From Elsinoe ampelina (lineage: Eukaryota): 64,000 nucleotides of DNA. The notes beneath the pieces were generated by a model, which did no database searches, was not told where the DNA came from, and saw nothing but the letters and a program-made list of their open reading frames with translations. The stretch lies in the NCBI GenBank assembly GCA_010093995.1, contig ML992501.1, forward strand, positions 1,731,583-1,795,582. Reading direction: 5' to 3'. The translations under genes and the position numbers were made by a program. Below, one piece after another: positions 1-12,839 of this stretch (positions are counted from its first letter, which is position 1; each line of letters begins with the position of its first letter).

Positions 1-822
1 AGACCTACTAGTAAAACTCTCTAAGTATAAGTTCTATAAGTATAAGATATAATTTCTAGGCTATATTATATCTACTAATAGTATTAGACCTAATCTAAAG
101 AAGATTAAGTTAGTAAATAACTAGCTAGAACCTATAATAGTTAAGGAGGTTTAAGCGCTACTAAAGTTCTTTAACTACTACTATAAGTTTATTAAAAGAT
201 TCTCTAAGGTAGCTACGCTAATATCTAACCTTACGAAAAAGGAAACTAGCTTTATCTTTAACAAAAAATGTAGGTAGGCCTTTAAGAAGCTAAAGCTTAG
301 ACTTATAATAGTACCTATCCTAGTACTTTTCGACCTAGATTAGTAAGTACTACTAGAAACAGATGCCTTAGACTTTATAATAGAAGTGTATCTAGCGTAG
401 AAGGACGTAGAAGAATAACGCTACCTAATTATATACTACTTACAAAAAATAATTAGACCTAAACTTAACTATAATATATATAATAAGGAGTTACTTATAA
501 TTATAGAAGTATTCTATAAGTAGAGAGTATACCTAGAAGAAACAACCTTACTAGTATAAGTCTATACTAATTATAAGAACCTTCTATATTACATAACAAC
601 TAAGGTTCTTAATAGATAATAGGTTTAATAGTTAGAAATACTTACGAGCTATAACTTTTAGATCTACTATATTAAGAGATTAAAGAATAGTAGAGTAGAT
701 GCTCTTAGCTAATAACTAGATTACTTAAAGAATATAATAATAATAGAGGCCTCTATACTAAAGTAGTAAGATAGCGCTTTAGTCTATAAGTACCTAAAGG
801 TAGAGTAATTATATAGCCTTAC

Positions 823-1285
823 TATTACGAACTGTCTAAATATAGCCTACGCGAGTAGTCTAAGCTAAGCTAAGAACGAGATAGTTCTACTTCTATAGTA
901 GTATAGCACTAAGGTAAGAGTTAGAGAAGGTAGGTCTTATAGATAATAAAGTATAATTAGATAGTATTATAAAGGCTAGCCTTAGTAATACTAGTGTTTA
1001 CTATCTAGACAAGGTTAACTATAGTACTTATATAAGGTAAGGACTATTCCTATATACATGTGTTCTCTATTATATTCTCTATGTGCTCTATATACTCTAT
1101 AGCGAGAGTTAGGAGTAACATAGAGTATATGTCCGCTAGTAACCTATGCACTTTATAGTTTTAGAGGTAGAGCTACTAGAGAAGATAGAGAACTAGGTAA
1201 ATGTCGAGCTAGGTTACATAATAATTTTAGTAGTTTAATTAGTCCTAACGTCTCTATATTCTAGCTATCCTACTAGTTTATAACA
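823..1285 (-). repeat. 3' LTR of Gypsy A2
   Basis: Direct repeat of 7381-7843 differing mainly by C>T/G>A transitions. Confidence 0.95.
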
Positions 1286-1359
1286 TTACTCTCCTCCTTT
1301 AATTAAGTTATTCTAACGAGTAAGTATTCTTTCTTATCTTTACGTACTATATACTAAAT

Positions 1360-1908
1360 ATGCCTTTTAGTTGTTAAAGGCATAGTAAATCTAGTATATC
1401 TATACGAAAGAATCTCTTAGAGTTTATTAAACTATTTAGAACTAATATACTATAGGCTTATTCTTGTTATAAATTAAAGAGGCTAGACTATAAGGTCTAT
1501 ATTCGGTCGGGTATCTATAGCTAGTATATTATAAGTAACTACTTAAGTTATAATATTTAAGTAATAAAATTAGAATAGTAGTATCTCTAGTCTAAGTATA
1601 TTTATTTACAAAAGGAATTAGTTATAGCTAAGGCTACTAGAAAGAAAGCTAAAGAAGCTTATAAAAAGGCAAAAGAGACTTATTAAAGAGCTATAGGTAA
1701 TAAGCTTTATCTATATAAAGAGATATAGAAATTAAAGAATAAGGCAGAGAAAGTAATCTTTCTAGAGAAGATCTATATTTAAGTCTTAGAGTAGGAGGAA
1801 ATACTATTATTAGTAGATCCCGTCCTACTATAGAACTAGTAATTATTTATACTTAACTCTAATTAGAGTTCCTTATTTAGTAATAATTAAGGTACTTCTT
1901 TTAGCTAA
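1360..1908 (+). pseudogene. Antisense accessory gene of Gypsy A2: Zn2Cys6-like finger plus coiled coil (RIP-disrupted)
   Basis: ATG at 1360. All stops in this frame are TAA/TAG and thus RIP-revertible. Consensus with the 31223 copy gives ...CSRCKSKGLDCKVHVRSGVCGQCIASNHSSCDVQVTKSEWQRL..RLRKEL..ARKKAKEAHEKAKEAHQRA (C-x2-C-x6-C-x8-C-x2-C-x7-C; Cys inferred from TAT/TAC). End approximate. Confidence 0.7.
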
Positions 1909-4900
1909 GTAGTCTTCCTTAGATATTCTTGTTTTTGTTTAGTATTAGTAGTATTAGGCCTACCTAGTTAGTTTACTTAGGATAGGTTTTTAGTCTAGTA
2001 ATCTAGAATTACTTACGAGGTAAGGTGTTTCTCTAGTTCCTATATTACCTTACTATACTAATGTTCTTTCTAGTAGATAAGATAGTAACGTTTTTCCCTT
2101 ATAAATTTATAATATAAAACTCTTTTAATTTTATACTATAGCTCCTATATTTCTTTATCTAGTTCGATAGGTCTAGGTACTATATCCTATAGTACTTTCT
2201 CTAATAGTAATATATAAAAGACTAAGTAGATCCTTATATACCTAGGTAGTTCTAGTTTATATACGTTTTTGTTTTTCTTTTCTAGGATCTTAAAGGGTCC
2301 TAGTTTAGTGTAGTTAAGTTTCTTACTTAGTCGTTTCGTTTTAATGTTTTTACTAAGAAAGTAAACTTTCTCTCTCTCTTATAGAATTAGTCCTATAATT
2401 CTCTTCTAGTTAGTAAACTCTACTATTCTTTATAATATAAATACTATATTATAGTATAGCTAGTTATGTAGTTTCTTAATATTAGCTACTAGTATATTAG
2501 CATCCTTAGATATTAGCTTAATTCTAAGTGTATTATAGTATAGATCTAGGTATATTCTATAGTTTACGTAGAATAGTAAAATTCTATTTACTAACTTTCT
2601 ATTATTAATAGTAAGCTCTACGAGTAGTAATAGTATTACCTATAAGTCTTGCTTATAGTTTAGGTAGCATTATAGGTACTATTCTAGTACTTAATTTACT
2701 TGTTTAGTTTATTCGTCCGTCTATAGATAAAAGGAGATTAATAGCTTATATTTAACTCCTAGTAGGTCTATAAATAATTATTAGAATTATAACATAAATA
2801 GCTTATCCCTATTAGTTATTAGGTCTTATAGTACTCTATGTTATAAAATAATTATTCGAAGGAAGGTAAAGGCTATATCCTCGGTAGTTGCTATTGTCTT
2901 ATATAGTATAAAGTAGTAATACTTTATAAACCTATCTACGAGGACTAGAATACTATTATACTTTATACCTATAAGAGGTTCTTCTAATAGTAGTAGAGGT
3001 CCTATAAAGTCTATTATAACTAATTACTATAGTTTATCTAGTAGTAGCAAGAGTTATAGTAGGCTATATAGTTTATATCGAAAGTGTTTAGACTTATAGT
3101 ATATATTATATATAGCAATATATATCTTAATATTGTTTCGGAGTTCTTTCTAGAGGTAGTTTTATATAATAAGTTTAATAGTCTTATTAATTCTACTATG
3201 TTCTACCGTTAGGTTATTATAGTATATTTAAATAACTTCTTTCTTCTATTCTTATATAAGCTCCTAGGTAAAGCTATATAACTACTCTACCTTTAGGTAC
3301 TTATAGACTAGAGCGCCGTCCTACTACTTTAGTATAGAGGCCTCTATTATTATTATGTTTTTTAAGTAATCTAGCTAGCGGCTAAGAGTATCTACTCTAC
3401 TATTCTCTAATCTCTTAATATAGTAGATCTAAAAGTTATAGCTCGTAAGTATTTCTAACTATTAAACCTATTATCTATTAAGAACCTTAGTTGTTATTTA
3501 ATATAGAAGGTTCTTATAATTAGTATAGACTTATACTAGTAAGGTTGTTTCTTCTAGGTATACTCTCTACTTATAGAATACTTCTATAATTATAAGTAAC
3601 TCCTTATTATATATATTATAGTTAAGTTTAGGTCTAATCATTTTTTGTAAGTAGTATATAATTAGGCAGTGTTATTCTTCTATATTCTTCTACGCTAGAT
3701 ACACTTCTATTATAAAGTCTAAGGCATCTATTTCTAGTAGTACTTATTAGTCTAGGTCGAAGAGTACTAGAATAGGTACTATTATAAGCCTAAGCTTTAG
3801 CTCCTTAAAGGCCTATTTACATTTTTCGTTAAAGACAAAGCTAGTTTCTTTCTTTATAAGGTTAGATATTAGTATAGCTACCTTAGAAAATCCTTTAATA
3901 AACTTATAATAGTAGTTAAAGAATCCTAGTAGTACTTAAACCTCCTTAACTATAGTAGGTTCTAGCTAATTGTTTACTAATTTAATCTTCTTTAGATTAG
4001 ATCTAATACTATTAGTAGATATAATATAGCCTAGAAATTGTATCTTATATTTATAAAACTTATACTTAGAGAGCTTTACTAGTAGGTCTTTTTCTTTTAG
4101 TTTCTATAGTACTTTATAAATATGTCTTATATATTTATTATATATCTTTAAGAAGATAATAATATTATTTAAATATACTAAGATAAAGTTATTAAGGTAT
4201 TCTTATAGAGTATTATTAATTAACTCTTAGAAGGTTATAGGAGCGTTAGTTAACCTAAAGAGTATAACAAGGTACTTATATAGGCCCTATTACATTCTAA
4301 AAGCTGTTTTTTACTCCTTGCTCTTTTTTATTTATACTTAATAATAGGCGTTTCTAATATTAATTATAGTAAACTATTTAGCTCTAAGTAGTTAGTCTTA
4401 AAGTTTGTTAATCCTTAGTAAGAGATAGTAATTCTTCCTAGTAAGTATATTAAGTTTCTAGTAATTAATATATATTTATAATATCTTATTCTTTTTAGGT
4501 ATAAAAAGTACTTTATATATAATAGGTAATTTTAATAGTTATATAAATTCTTTAAGTAAGTACTTATCGATGTAGTTCTTAAAGACATTCTCTTTCTATT
4601 TTAATAGTAGTATAAGACCTTAATAGTGTATTAGGGATTTACTCTCTTTAAAAGGTATTTTGTAATTCTATAGTTTATATTAGAGTAAGGCTATAATACC
4701 TTCTCTTTCTTTAAATAAGTCCTTAAAGTCTTTATATTCTAGCGGAAGTGCTTAATTACTTATACTAGCGATAGCTCTAACTATTAGTTATATCTATACT
4801 GTTCTTATAGTTAGTATCTATAGAGCTAATTATGCTCCCTATATCCTATAATTATACTTAGGAAATTTAAGTGTTTCTTTAATCTAGTCTACGTTTAGAT

Positions 4901-7380
4901 TATATTATTAAAGCTAGTCTATGCTAAGTACTATATTATACTATATATTAACTATATTAATTAATCATTTTTCTATATATGTTTTAATTTAGATTATAAC
5001 GTTTTATAGTTCCTAAGTAACTTTTCTATTCTTTCCTATAGGAGTTCTATCTACTATAGTAAGTAAGTAAGGTAACTCCTTCTAATATTAATAAGGTTTA
5101 AGCTAGTTAGCAATTGTTATAGAGATATAGCTATAGTTAGCTCCCGAATCTATTATTACTCTTACTTTATTCTCTTATATCTAGACTTTTAGTATAAAGT
5201 AGTTTAATATATAGATCTTTATTATATTAAGACTTTAGCTAGTATTATCGTCTTACCTTATTAAGTAACAACTAGCTAGTTTTTTATTATTGTAGCTCCT
5301 TAGATAAGTAGCTAATCCCTTCCTGTATGTATTTATTGTTAGTACTATATCTATTAGGCAAGTTATGTTTTGTTACTATTTAATATAGCAAGGTAAACTT
5401 CTAGCGCCTAAGTTCCTTAGTAACTATAAAGTCTAATAATTCTCTACTAGTTATACTAAGTAGTATTATATACCTATATTAGTATAACTATTCCCTCTAG
5501 GTATAGCTAGGTATTAGTATTAAAGACAAAAGCAAGTTATATAGATTTGTCTTATCGTGTCCTATTCTAGTAGTAGGTATATATTATTATATTATTCCTC
5601 TATATCTCTATAAGGTATGCTTTAAGTTATCTACCTAGTAGTAGTACGTTGTTATTATTATTATTAGATAAGTCCTTATCTATGTTATTACATTATAGTT
5701 ATTCGAGATATTCTTTATTATATTTCTCCTTATCGCTACTATCTCTAGTATAGTTATAATTAGTAAAGCTACACTAAGTATATTCTCTTACTTAGCTATA
5801 GAGAATAGTACTATCTATTTTAATTACCGAGAAGTCTATAGTATATTTAAGACTAATAGTGTCTTCTCTAAGTATATTATATAAGTAGATAGTATAGTAC
5901 TATTTGCAATTTAGATTTATACATTTCTAGAGCGATATATAGTATACCTTTCCTTATAGTTCGCTATAAGAGCTAAAGGTAAGGCTACTATATTGTTATA
6001 TAGTACTTACATTCTAATACTTCGTCTTAATAATTATATATTAGTAATTGTTACTAACTACCTTCTAAGGTTAGTTAATGTTATTACTAATTATAGAGAG
6101 CTCTTTTAGGTTAGGTTCCTAGTCTAGCTATTTCGTTAGCTACCTATACTTAGATAGCTTATATAGAAACTAACTAGATCTCTACTTGTCTAATAAGTAA
6201 ATATAATAAGAGTTATTATAACATGCTATCTATAATAGTATTACGTATTAGCTTTGTTGTTTACTATTAGTTATAGAGATATTAAGCGTAATATTCGGAG
6301 AGAATTCTCTTATCTCTCGAGTTGTTATAGATTTCTTTTATATTTCCTTACCTACGCTAAAGGTCGTTAGGTCTTCTATAGTAGTGTTAGCCTTTTTTTC
6401 TACTAGCCTAGCAACTATTATGTATAATCTATTAGCTAGCGCCTCTTATTAGTAGTCCCTAGCCTAATACCTAGGTCTTTTATACTTAAAATATAGATTT
6501 TCTTATCTATACTTCTCTCTCTCTTTTCTACTAAGGAACTTTCCTCTATAGCTGTAGCCTTATACCTATAAGAGGTAGCCTTTATATATAGTATTAAGTT
6601 CTATAGAGTCTCTATAGTTCCGGGAGAAACGTATATACCTAGTATTTGCCTTATATCCTTTATAACGCTCTATATATCGTTTGTAAAGTCTATTATCAAT
6701 AGTAATTATAGTGTCTACTAGTTCCTAAAGGCTATTAGGTAGCTCGGGTATTATTTAGTCTTTAACTAAGTTACTTAGTCCTTAGTAAAATGCTAAATGT
6801 TTAGCACTATTATTCTAATCTAGGTATATTACGAGCTATTAGAACTAGGAATAGTACTAGGCTATAGACCTACGTTGTTATAGTTATTAAATCTTTGTTA
6901 TAGCAACACATTCCTTATTAGATACGTTAAAGACTTACTTAATCTTTGCCTAAAAGATACTAAAGCTCTTAAAGATAGCCTTTATATCTAGGCTTAGTTA
7001 TCTATCTAGGTAGCTACTTATATAAGGCTTAAACTACTTAAAGGTAGCGCCCTTAAGGTATATCCTAGTATAAAGAACCTTTACTACGTCGTTAGCGTAC
7101 TTATCCTCTTCTAGAGTAAAGAAGGCTTTAAGTTAAATAAGGAAGCGCCTTAAGTAGGCGTAGTCTCTATAAAAGGGTTCTACCTCTAGCTTAGGCTTAC
7201 TTTGTCCTTTCCCTATACTAAGAGACCTTCTATATTCGCTTAAGGTTAAACTAGTAGTAGATATGTTATTAATAGTAAGCTTCCCTAGCTTACTAGTAAT
7301 TAAAGATACTAATAGTAACTTAGAGCAAGAGTTACTTATTAACCTTATAGCGTACTATACTATAGTAAGGATAGTTAAAA

Positions 7381-7843
7381 TGTTACGAACTGTCTAAATA
7401 TAGCCTACGTAAGTAGTCTAAGCTAAGCTAAGAACGAGGTAGTTCTACTTCTATAGTAGTATAGTACTAAGGTAAGAGTTAGAGAAGGTAGGTCTTATAG
7501 ATAATAAAGTACAATTAGATAGTATTATAAAGGCTAGCCTTAGTAATACTAGTGTTTACTATCTAGATAAGGTTAACTATAGTACTTATATAAGGTAAAG
7601 ACTATTCCTATATATATATATTCTCTATTGTGTTCTCTATATGCTCTATATACTTCGTAGTAAGAGTCGGAAGTAATATAGAGTACACGTCCGCTAGTAA
7701 CCTATATACTCTATAGTTTTAGAGGTAGAGCCGCTAGAGAAGATAGAGAACTAGGTAAACGTTAGGCTAGGTTACGTAATAACCTTAGTAGTTTAATTAG
7801 TCCTAACGTCCCTACGTTCTAGCTGTCCTACTAGTTTATAACA
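7381..7843 (-). repeat. 5' LTR of Gypsy A2
   Basis: TGTTACGAAC...TATAACA followed by TSD CTTAC. Confidence 0.95.
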
Positions 7844-9146
7844 CTTACCTAGGAGCTTACGTAAGAATAGAAGTAAGAGGTTATTTAAATATACTATAAT
7901 AACCTAATAGTAGGACATAGTAGAATCGATAAGACTATTAAACTTATTATATAAAACTACCTATAGAAAGAACTCTAAAACAATGTTAAAATATATATCG
8001 TAGTATACGATATATACTATAAGTCTAAGCACTTACGACATAAGCTATATAGCCTACTACAACTGTTACTACTACTAGATAGACTATAGTAATTAGTTAT
8101 AATAGACTTTATAGAACTACTACTACTATTAGAAGAGCCTCTTATAGGTGTAACGTATAATAGTATTCTAGTTCTTATAGATAGATTTACGAAGTACTAT
8201 TACTTTGTGCTATATAAGATAATAGTAACTACTAAGGATATAGCCTTCGCCTTCCTCTAGACAATTATTTTATAATATAGAGTACTACGAGATTTAATTA
8301 CTAATAGAGATAAACTGTTTATATTATAGTTCTAGTAGTTATTCGTGGATCTATTAGGAGTTAAATATAAGCTATTAATCTTCTTTTATCTATAAATAGA
8401 TAGACAAACTAAACGAGTAAATTAAGTACTAGAGTAGTACCTACGCTACTACCTAAACTATAAGTAAGACTTATAGGTAACGCTATTACTACTTATAGAA
8501 CTTGCTATTAATAATAGAAAGTTAGTAAATAGAGTTTTACTATTCTATATAAACTATAGAATACACTCGGATTTATACTATAATATACTTAGAATTAAGC
8601 TAATATCTAAGAGTATAAATATACTAGTAGCTAATATTAAGAAGTTATATAACTAGCTATACTAAGATATAGTATTTATATTACAAAGAATAGTAAGTTT
8701 TGCTAACTAGAAGAGAATTATAGAACTAATTCTATAGGAAGGAGAGAAAGTTTACCTCCTTAGTAAAAACATTAAAACGAAACAACTAAGCAAAAAACTA
8801 AACTATACTAAGTTAGGACTCTTTACTATACTTAAAAAAAGGAATAAGAATATATATAAACTAGAACTATCTAGAAGTATAAGGATTTATCTAGTATTTT
8901 ATATCTCGTTATTAGAACCTACACTACGTAACACCTAACTAGGACTAACTAAACTAGATAATAAAACCTAATAACCCTGTTATAAAATTAATAAAATACT
9001 AAAAGATAAGCTTATTCGGGGCTACTACTATTACTTAATCTACTAGAAGGAGTATTAGTATAGTAAAGACATATAGGAACCTTAAGAATATCTTATCTAG
9101 ATATTAATCTAAAACTACTAATAAAGTCTATCTCGGAAAAAGCGGA

Positions 9147-9632
9147 CTAGTTACTAGCGTCGATAAAGAGATCCTCCGGATATACCGCTATAAAACTAGA
9201 AGCCTCTATATTATTCTCTAGCTTACTAAGAAGCTTCGCTTCCTAATTTACTATATTACTTTACTACTCTATTATCTTTTCTAGCTTCTTCTCTAGCTAA
9301 TCTACTACCTTCTAGGCCTCTAGAATCTTATAAGTAAGAGACACTAGGCGCGACTAGGCACTTTAGAATTGCCGCTATAGATCTTGCTTCTTATTCTCTA
9401 GACAACGGAATTTAGCTTCTAAGAAAGTTCCTCTATAGGATAAGTTTATCCTAGTATACTAACTATACCTTATATAACCTTATTATATAATATAAAGATA
9501 GCTCTCCTTTAAGTATTTAGAGTATCGAGCTATCTCTTTAACTTTAATTCCTATTATAGTAATCTTTTTAGCTAGGTTCTTCTAGTAAATAGTAGAGGAA
9601 AGTGTTAATAGTTTCCTAATGCCTCGAGGTAT
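9147..9632 (-). pseudogene. Antisense accessory gene of Gypsy A1: a different Zn2Cys6-like finger plus coiled coil (RIP-disrupted)
   Basis: De-RIP reading MPRGIRK..SST..RKNLAKKI..G....ARCSKCLKESHLC....GY.RCGQCTR.NLSCGGTFSEAEFR.LENKKQDLQRQ...LEKKLEK (C-x2-C-x6-C-x8-C-x2-C-x6-C). Only TAA/TAG stops; start is ATA (inferred ATG). End approximate. Confidence 0.65.
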
Positions 9633-9731
9633 TATTAGCTATTATAAGAAAAAGAGAACGAAGGGAATTAAGTAAGTACCTATCTAGTTTTAAACACGTT
9701 AAGGACGACTATACTATAGAAGGGGAGGTAA

Positions 9732-10152
9732 TATTACAAACCGGTAGAAAGAAAGGTAACTTTATTCGCTTACGACGCTCTAATAGAGTTCTAGCGTAGA
9801 GAAGAAAGTTACGTAACTAGAAGCGTATAGGCCGAGGACCTAAACGCTCTACTATACTCTATAACGCTCTTATATAGAGTACTCCTAGATTATTATAGAT
9901 CCCCTAGGGAATCTTAAGTATATAGTAAGTAGTCCTTACCCTATATAAGTACTATAGTTAACCTTGTCTAGATAGCGAACACTAGTATTACTAAGGCTAG
10001 CCTTTATAATACTATCTAATTGTACTTTATTATCTATAAGATATACCTTCTCTAACTCTTCCTTAGTACTATACTACTATAGAAGTAGAACTACCTTATT
10101 CTTAGCTTAGCTTAGACTACTAGTATAGGCTATGTTTAGACAGTTCGTAATA
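9732..10152 (+). repeat. 3' LTR of Gypsy A1 (R-U5 shared with A2, U3 unrelated)
   Basis: ~9925-10152 is the reverse complement of 823-~1055, while 9732-~9920 does not match. Preceded by PPT. Confidence 0.9.
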
Positions 10153-11227
10153 GGTAGTTACTAGATGTCTATATATTAAAGCTAAAGTACACTATTAAAA
10201 CTACTATTTAGAGGTACTTAGTAATAACACTAGTAGCACTTAAATAAGCTAAATAAATCTACTAGCTAATAGAGGTATAGGATAGTATAGTCCTATCTAG
10301 ATAAGGGCTAAGATACTAAAGCAAGTAGTAGAGGTAGAGGCTTTTAATCTTACTAAAGGAAATATTATTATAAACTATCTAATAAAGAAGTAAGCCTCTA
10401 AAAGTTTAAGCTTAAAACTAAGTAGTAATTATATTAATAACTATAGGAGTTATACCTTAAGAAAGGCTAAAGCTTACTACAATTAATAGTCTAGTAGCTA
10501 GTATAACCTTATAGCTTAGATTAAAGATCTTATACTACTTCTTAAAGTAGTTAATTAGACTATTAGTTTACTAAGGAGTAGGTATTATATACCTTATAAC
10601 TTGCTTCTTTTTTAAGTAGTATAACTTATATAGCTAATACTTAACTCTATAGAAGTCTTTAATACGCTAGCTATATATCTATATAAAGCTAATCTTTATT
10701 ATAGAGAATTTAGTAGTATAATAGCCTTTAAGGGAGTATATAGTCTAGTCTACCTTAGCGTATAGATTATTAGGTTTATAATAACTTAGCCTTACCTTAG
10801 AGAGGCCTTATAGTCTAGCTAATAGTCTAATTTTATTATTATAATAGATATTAGCTATTTCTTAAAGGAATAATAGCTCACTTAAAGCTTTAGAGGCTAT
10901 AGTTAAATTTTAGTAAATTTTTAGAGTAGTGTTTATTCTAATAAATAATTATAAATTATATACTAAAGTACTAAGAGAAGGAGATAAGGTTTAGTAAGTA
11001 TCTCTATACTAATTAGAGCTCGATTTTGCTATAACTCTATACCCTTAGCTATCTACCTTATTATACCCTTAATTAGCACTACCACTTTTATAATTATTAT
11101 TAACAATATCTAGCTTTATAGATTAATTAATTAATGCCAAGGAAAAAATCTGATCATAAGATATTAATTGATTAATCAATTAATAAGTGGCAATACAATC
11201 AATCATGATTGATTGTAGTCTTCACTG
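10153..11227 (-). mobile_element. hAT-superfamily DNA transposon, 5' end and N-terminal transposase relic
   Basis: Terminus CAGTG (minus strand from 11227) with subterminal CAATCAAT/ATTGATT repeats at 11120-11215. De-RIP BED finger WLCKLC...TNGLIDHFKKQHKI at ~10525-10640, NISFSKIES..L..LLQYL at ~10310-10370, catalytic VHFSFDxWTSSN at ~10157-10192. Confidence 0.8.
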
Positions 11228-11228
11228 C

Positions 11229-11654
11229 CTAAAAGTCTACACCGGAATCCCATAATTGTGCGAACACCTCTAGATCGACTTCTACAGGCTTCTGTGGCTT
11301 CCAGGCCTGAACTTTGAACGGGTTGAGGGCACCGGCGGGTCGGCGGGCGAAGGTGGTGATGTAAAATGTCAGTTTTGTCCGCTGGCTCAGTAGGGGGAGC
11401 GCTTCAGAGTAGATACGTTGGCATGTCCGTAACAGAGTTGATGAGCGCTGGATGGGCACATAGTGACCAGGACGATTCCATATGCTGGAGCGAGGGTATC
11501 GATATTTCGTAGACGGAGTGGGCGACACGACTAGGTCGAAGATGTGGCGCCGTAGTTCTGGTGGGAGCCCGAAAAGTGGACTCTCCAATTGAGGCGATGC
11601 GGGCTTATGCCTGGGACTCAGAGTCGTGGTTCGAGATGCTGCATGACGGTGCAC
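11229..11654 (-). pseudogene. F-box-like domain protein fragment, truncated at the hAT terminus
   Basis: QLESPLFGLPPELRRHIFDLVV...LLRTCQRIYSEA is typical of fungal F-box-like proteins. No in-frame ATG. The frame ends 1 bp from the hAT end. Confidence 0.65.
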
Positions 11655-11774
11655 GATTACCGCCTTTCCGCAATTTCAAGTTTTTGGTGAACGCTTGCCA
11701 TGTTACCTACGGATGGTAGATATAGCTTACGTTTATAAGTTATATAAATTGCTATATGCGTAGGAGCGCACGAA

Positions 11775-12055
11775 GAGCTCTCCCTTCTGCGTACGCGCCG
11801 AGTGCTCTCTCCTTCTGCGTGCGCTCTCTCCTTCTGCGTGCGCTCTCTCCTTCTGCGTGCGNNNNNNNNNNNNNNNNNNNNNNNNNNNNNNNNNNNNNNN
11901 NNNNNNNNNNNNNNNNNNNNNNNNNNNNNNNNNNNNNNNNNNNNNNNNNNNNNNNNTCTCTCCTTCTGCGTGCGCTCTCTCCTTCTGCGTGCGCTCCGAG
12001 TGCTCTCCCTTCTATATACGCCGCGAGTACTCTCCCTTCTATATGCGCGCCGAGC
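11775..12055. repeat. Minisatellite, 19-bp unit GCTCTCTCCTTCTGCGTGC with ~27-bp degenerate flanking units; spans assembly gap 11862-11956
   Basis: At least 5 near-perfect units around the N gap; outer units carry TATAT in place of TGCGT. Confidence 0.9.
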
Positions 12056-12839
12056 AACCCTAACCCTAGTAAGTACGAAGGACCGAAGTTCAAACCACAC
12101 GTAAAGAATAATGTCATTTTATAGACAAATCATAGAAGATACTTATAGAATAAAGCTTAAAATCGTAAGATAGATATACGTAGAGGCGTTGTATAGTAGG
12201 AGACATCGATCTACCTCCTAATCGCTACGCTAGAGGTAGTAAAAGATACAGTAAGGCGGTACGATGTCAAACACAAAAGTGAAATTGCGGAAAGGTGGTA
12301 ATCGGCTGCAGTATGCATCCATTTCTAGTTGCTATCGAGCATGAAGACGGCTGATAATGCTCCTGCGAGGCGGCCGATGGTGATAAATATTCTTTGAGAA
12401 CCGCGGTGCTACGGTAGGATTCAAGGCAGCAGCAGCCACTTTGCAGCCACCTTGTCTTGGCCATGTTCCTCAAGAAGGGCGATCGCTTGTGTAGGTCGCT
12501 TATTTGGGTCGTTGACTGATTGATGAAACATTCCCTACCCAAACCGGCTGAAGACGGCTTATGAAGCTGAGTTGGTTCAGTCAGTTGCCACATATACATC
12601 AGTGAATTCCTTGGCAAGGATGTATCAACATACATCACAGCAGCCATGTCATATTACATCACAGCTATGTGATACCAGCAATTCAGGAGGCCTCTCGATC
12701 AGTACCGGAGGATCCAGAAGAGGGGAAGTGCTCCATTCAGCCAACTCGGCACGCAGAAAGCGGCTTGGCAGAGAACTGCCTTCTGTATAGAAAGACAAGT
12801 CCATCCACTTCCACAGGTATCCACGGAGTCTTCCACAGT

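Larger units (their letters stand above)
823..7843 (-). mobile_element. Full-length Ty3/Gypsy chromovirus (family A, subfamily A2), RIP-inactivated
   Basis: 463-bp LTRs at 823-1285 and 7381-7843 (T(G/A)TTACGA...TAACA). TSD CTTAC at 818-822 and 7844-7848. Minus-strand PPT at 1286-1300. RT YLDD relic at ~4165-4185 and protease IDSGA relic at ~5140-5155. Confidence 0.95.
1..10152 (+). mobile_element. Ty3/Gypsy chromovirus (family A, subfamily A1), 5' part outside window, RIP-inactivated, interrupted by a sister element at 823-7843
   Basis: 1-822 and 7849-8950 are near reverse complements of the internal RT/RNaseH/integrase region of the nested element. Chromodomain relic (de-RIP YYLIHWKGYQHSEDTWEP) at ~9025-9085. 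PPT agaaggggaggtaa precedes a 3' LTR at 9732-10152. Confidence 0.9.

Noticed and set aside
7371..7580. Self-priming PBS for family A (ATAGTTAA vs TTAACTAT)
   Set aside because: Only 8 AT-rich nt, imperfect in copy D and too close to the TATA-like site; not supportable.
1..10152. Identification of family A as CfT-1 and the host as Fulvia fulva
   Set aside because: Size and architecture are compatible but this cannot be verified without an alignment.
11657..12124. Several ORFs across the minisatellite; CRISPR-like look
   Set aside because: They translate a tandem repeat and an N gap. There are no unique spacers and the DNA is eukaryotic.
12669..12839. 57-aa N-terminal extension of the SDR
   Set aside because: It begins at a GTG; the family-typical start is ATG 12840.
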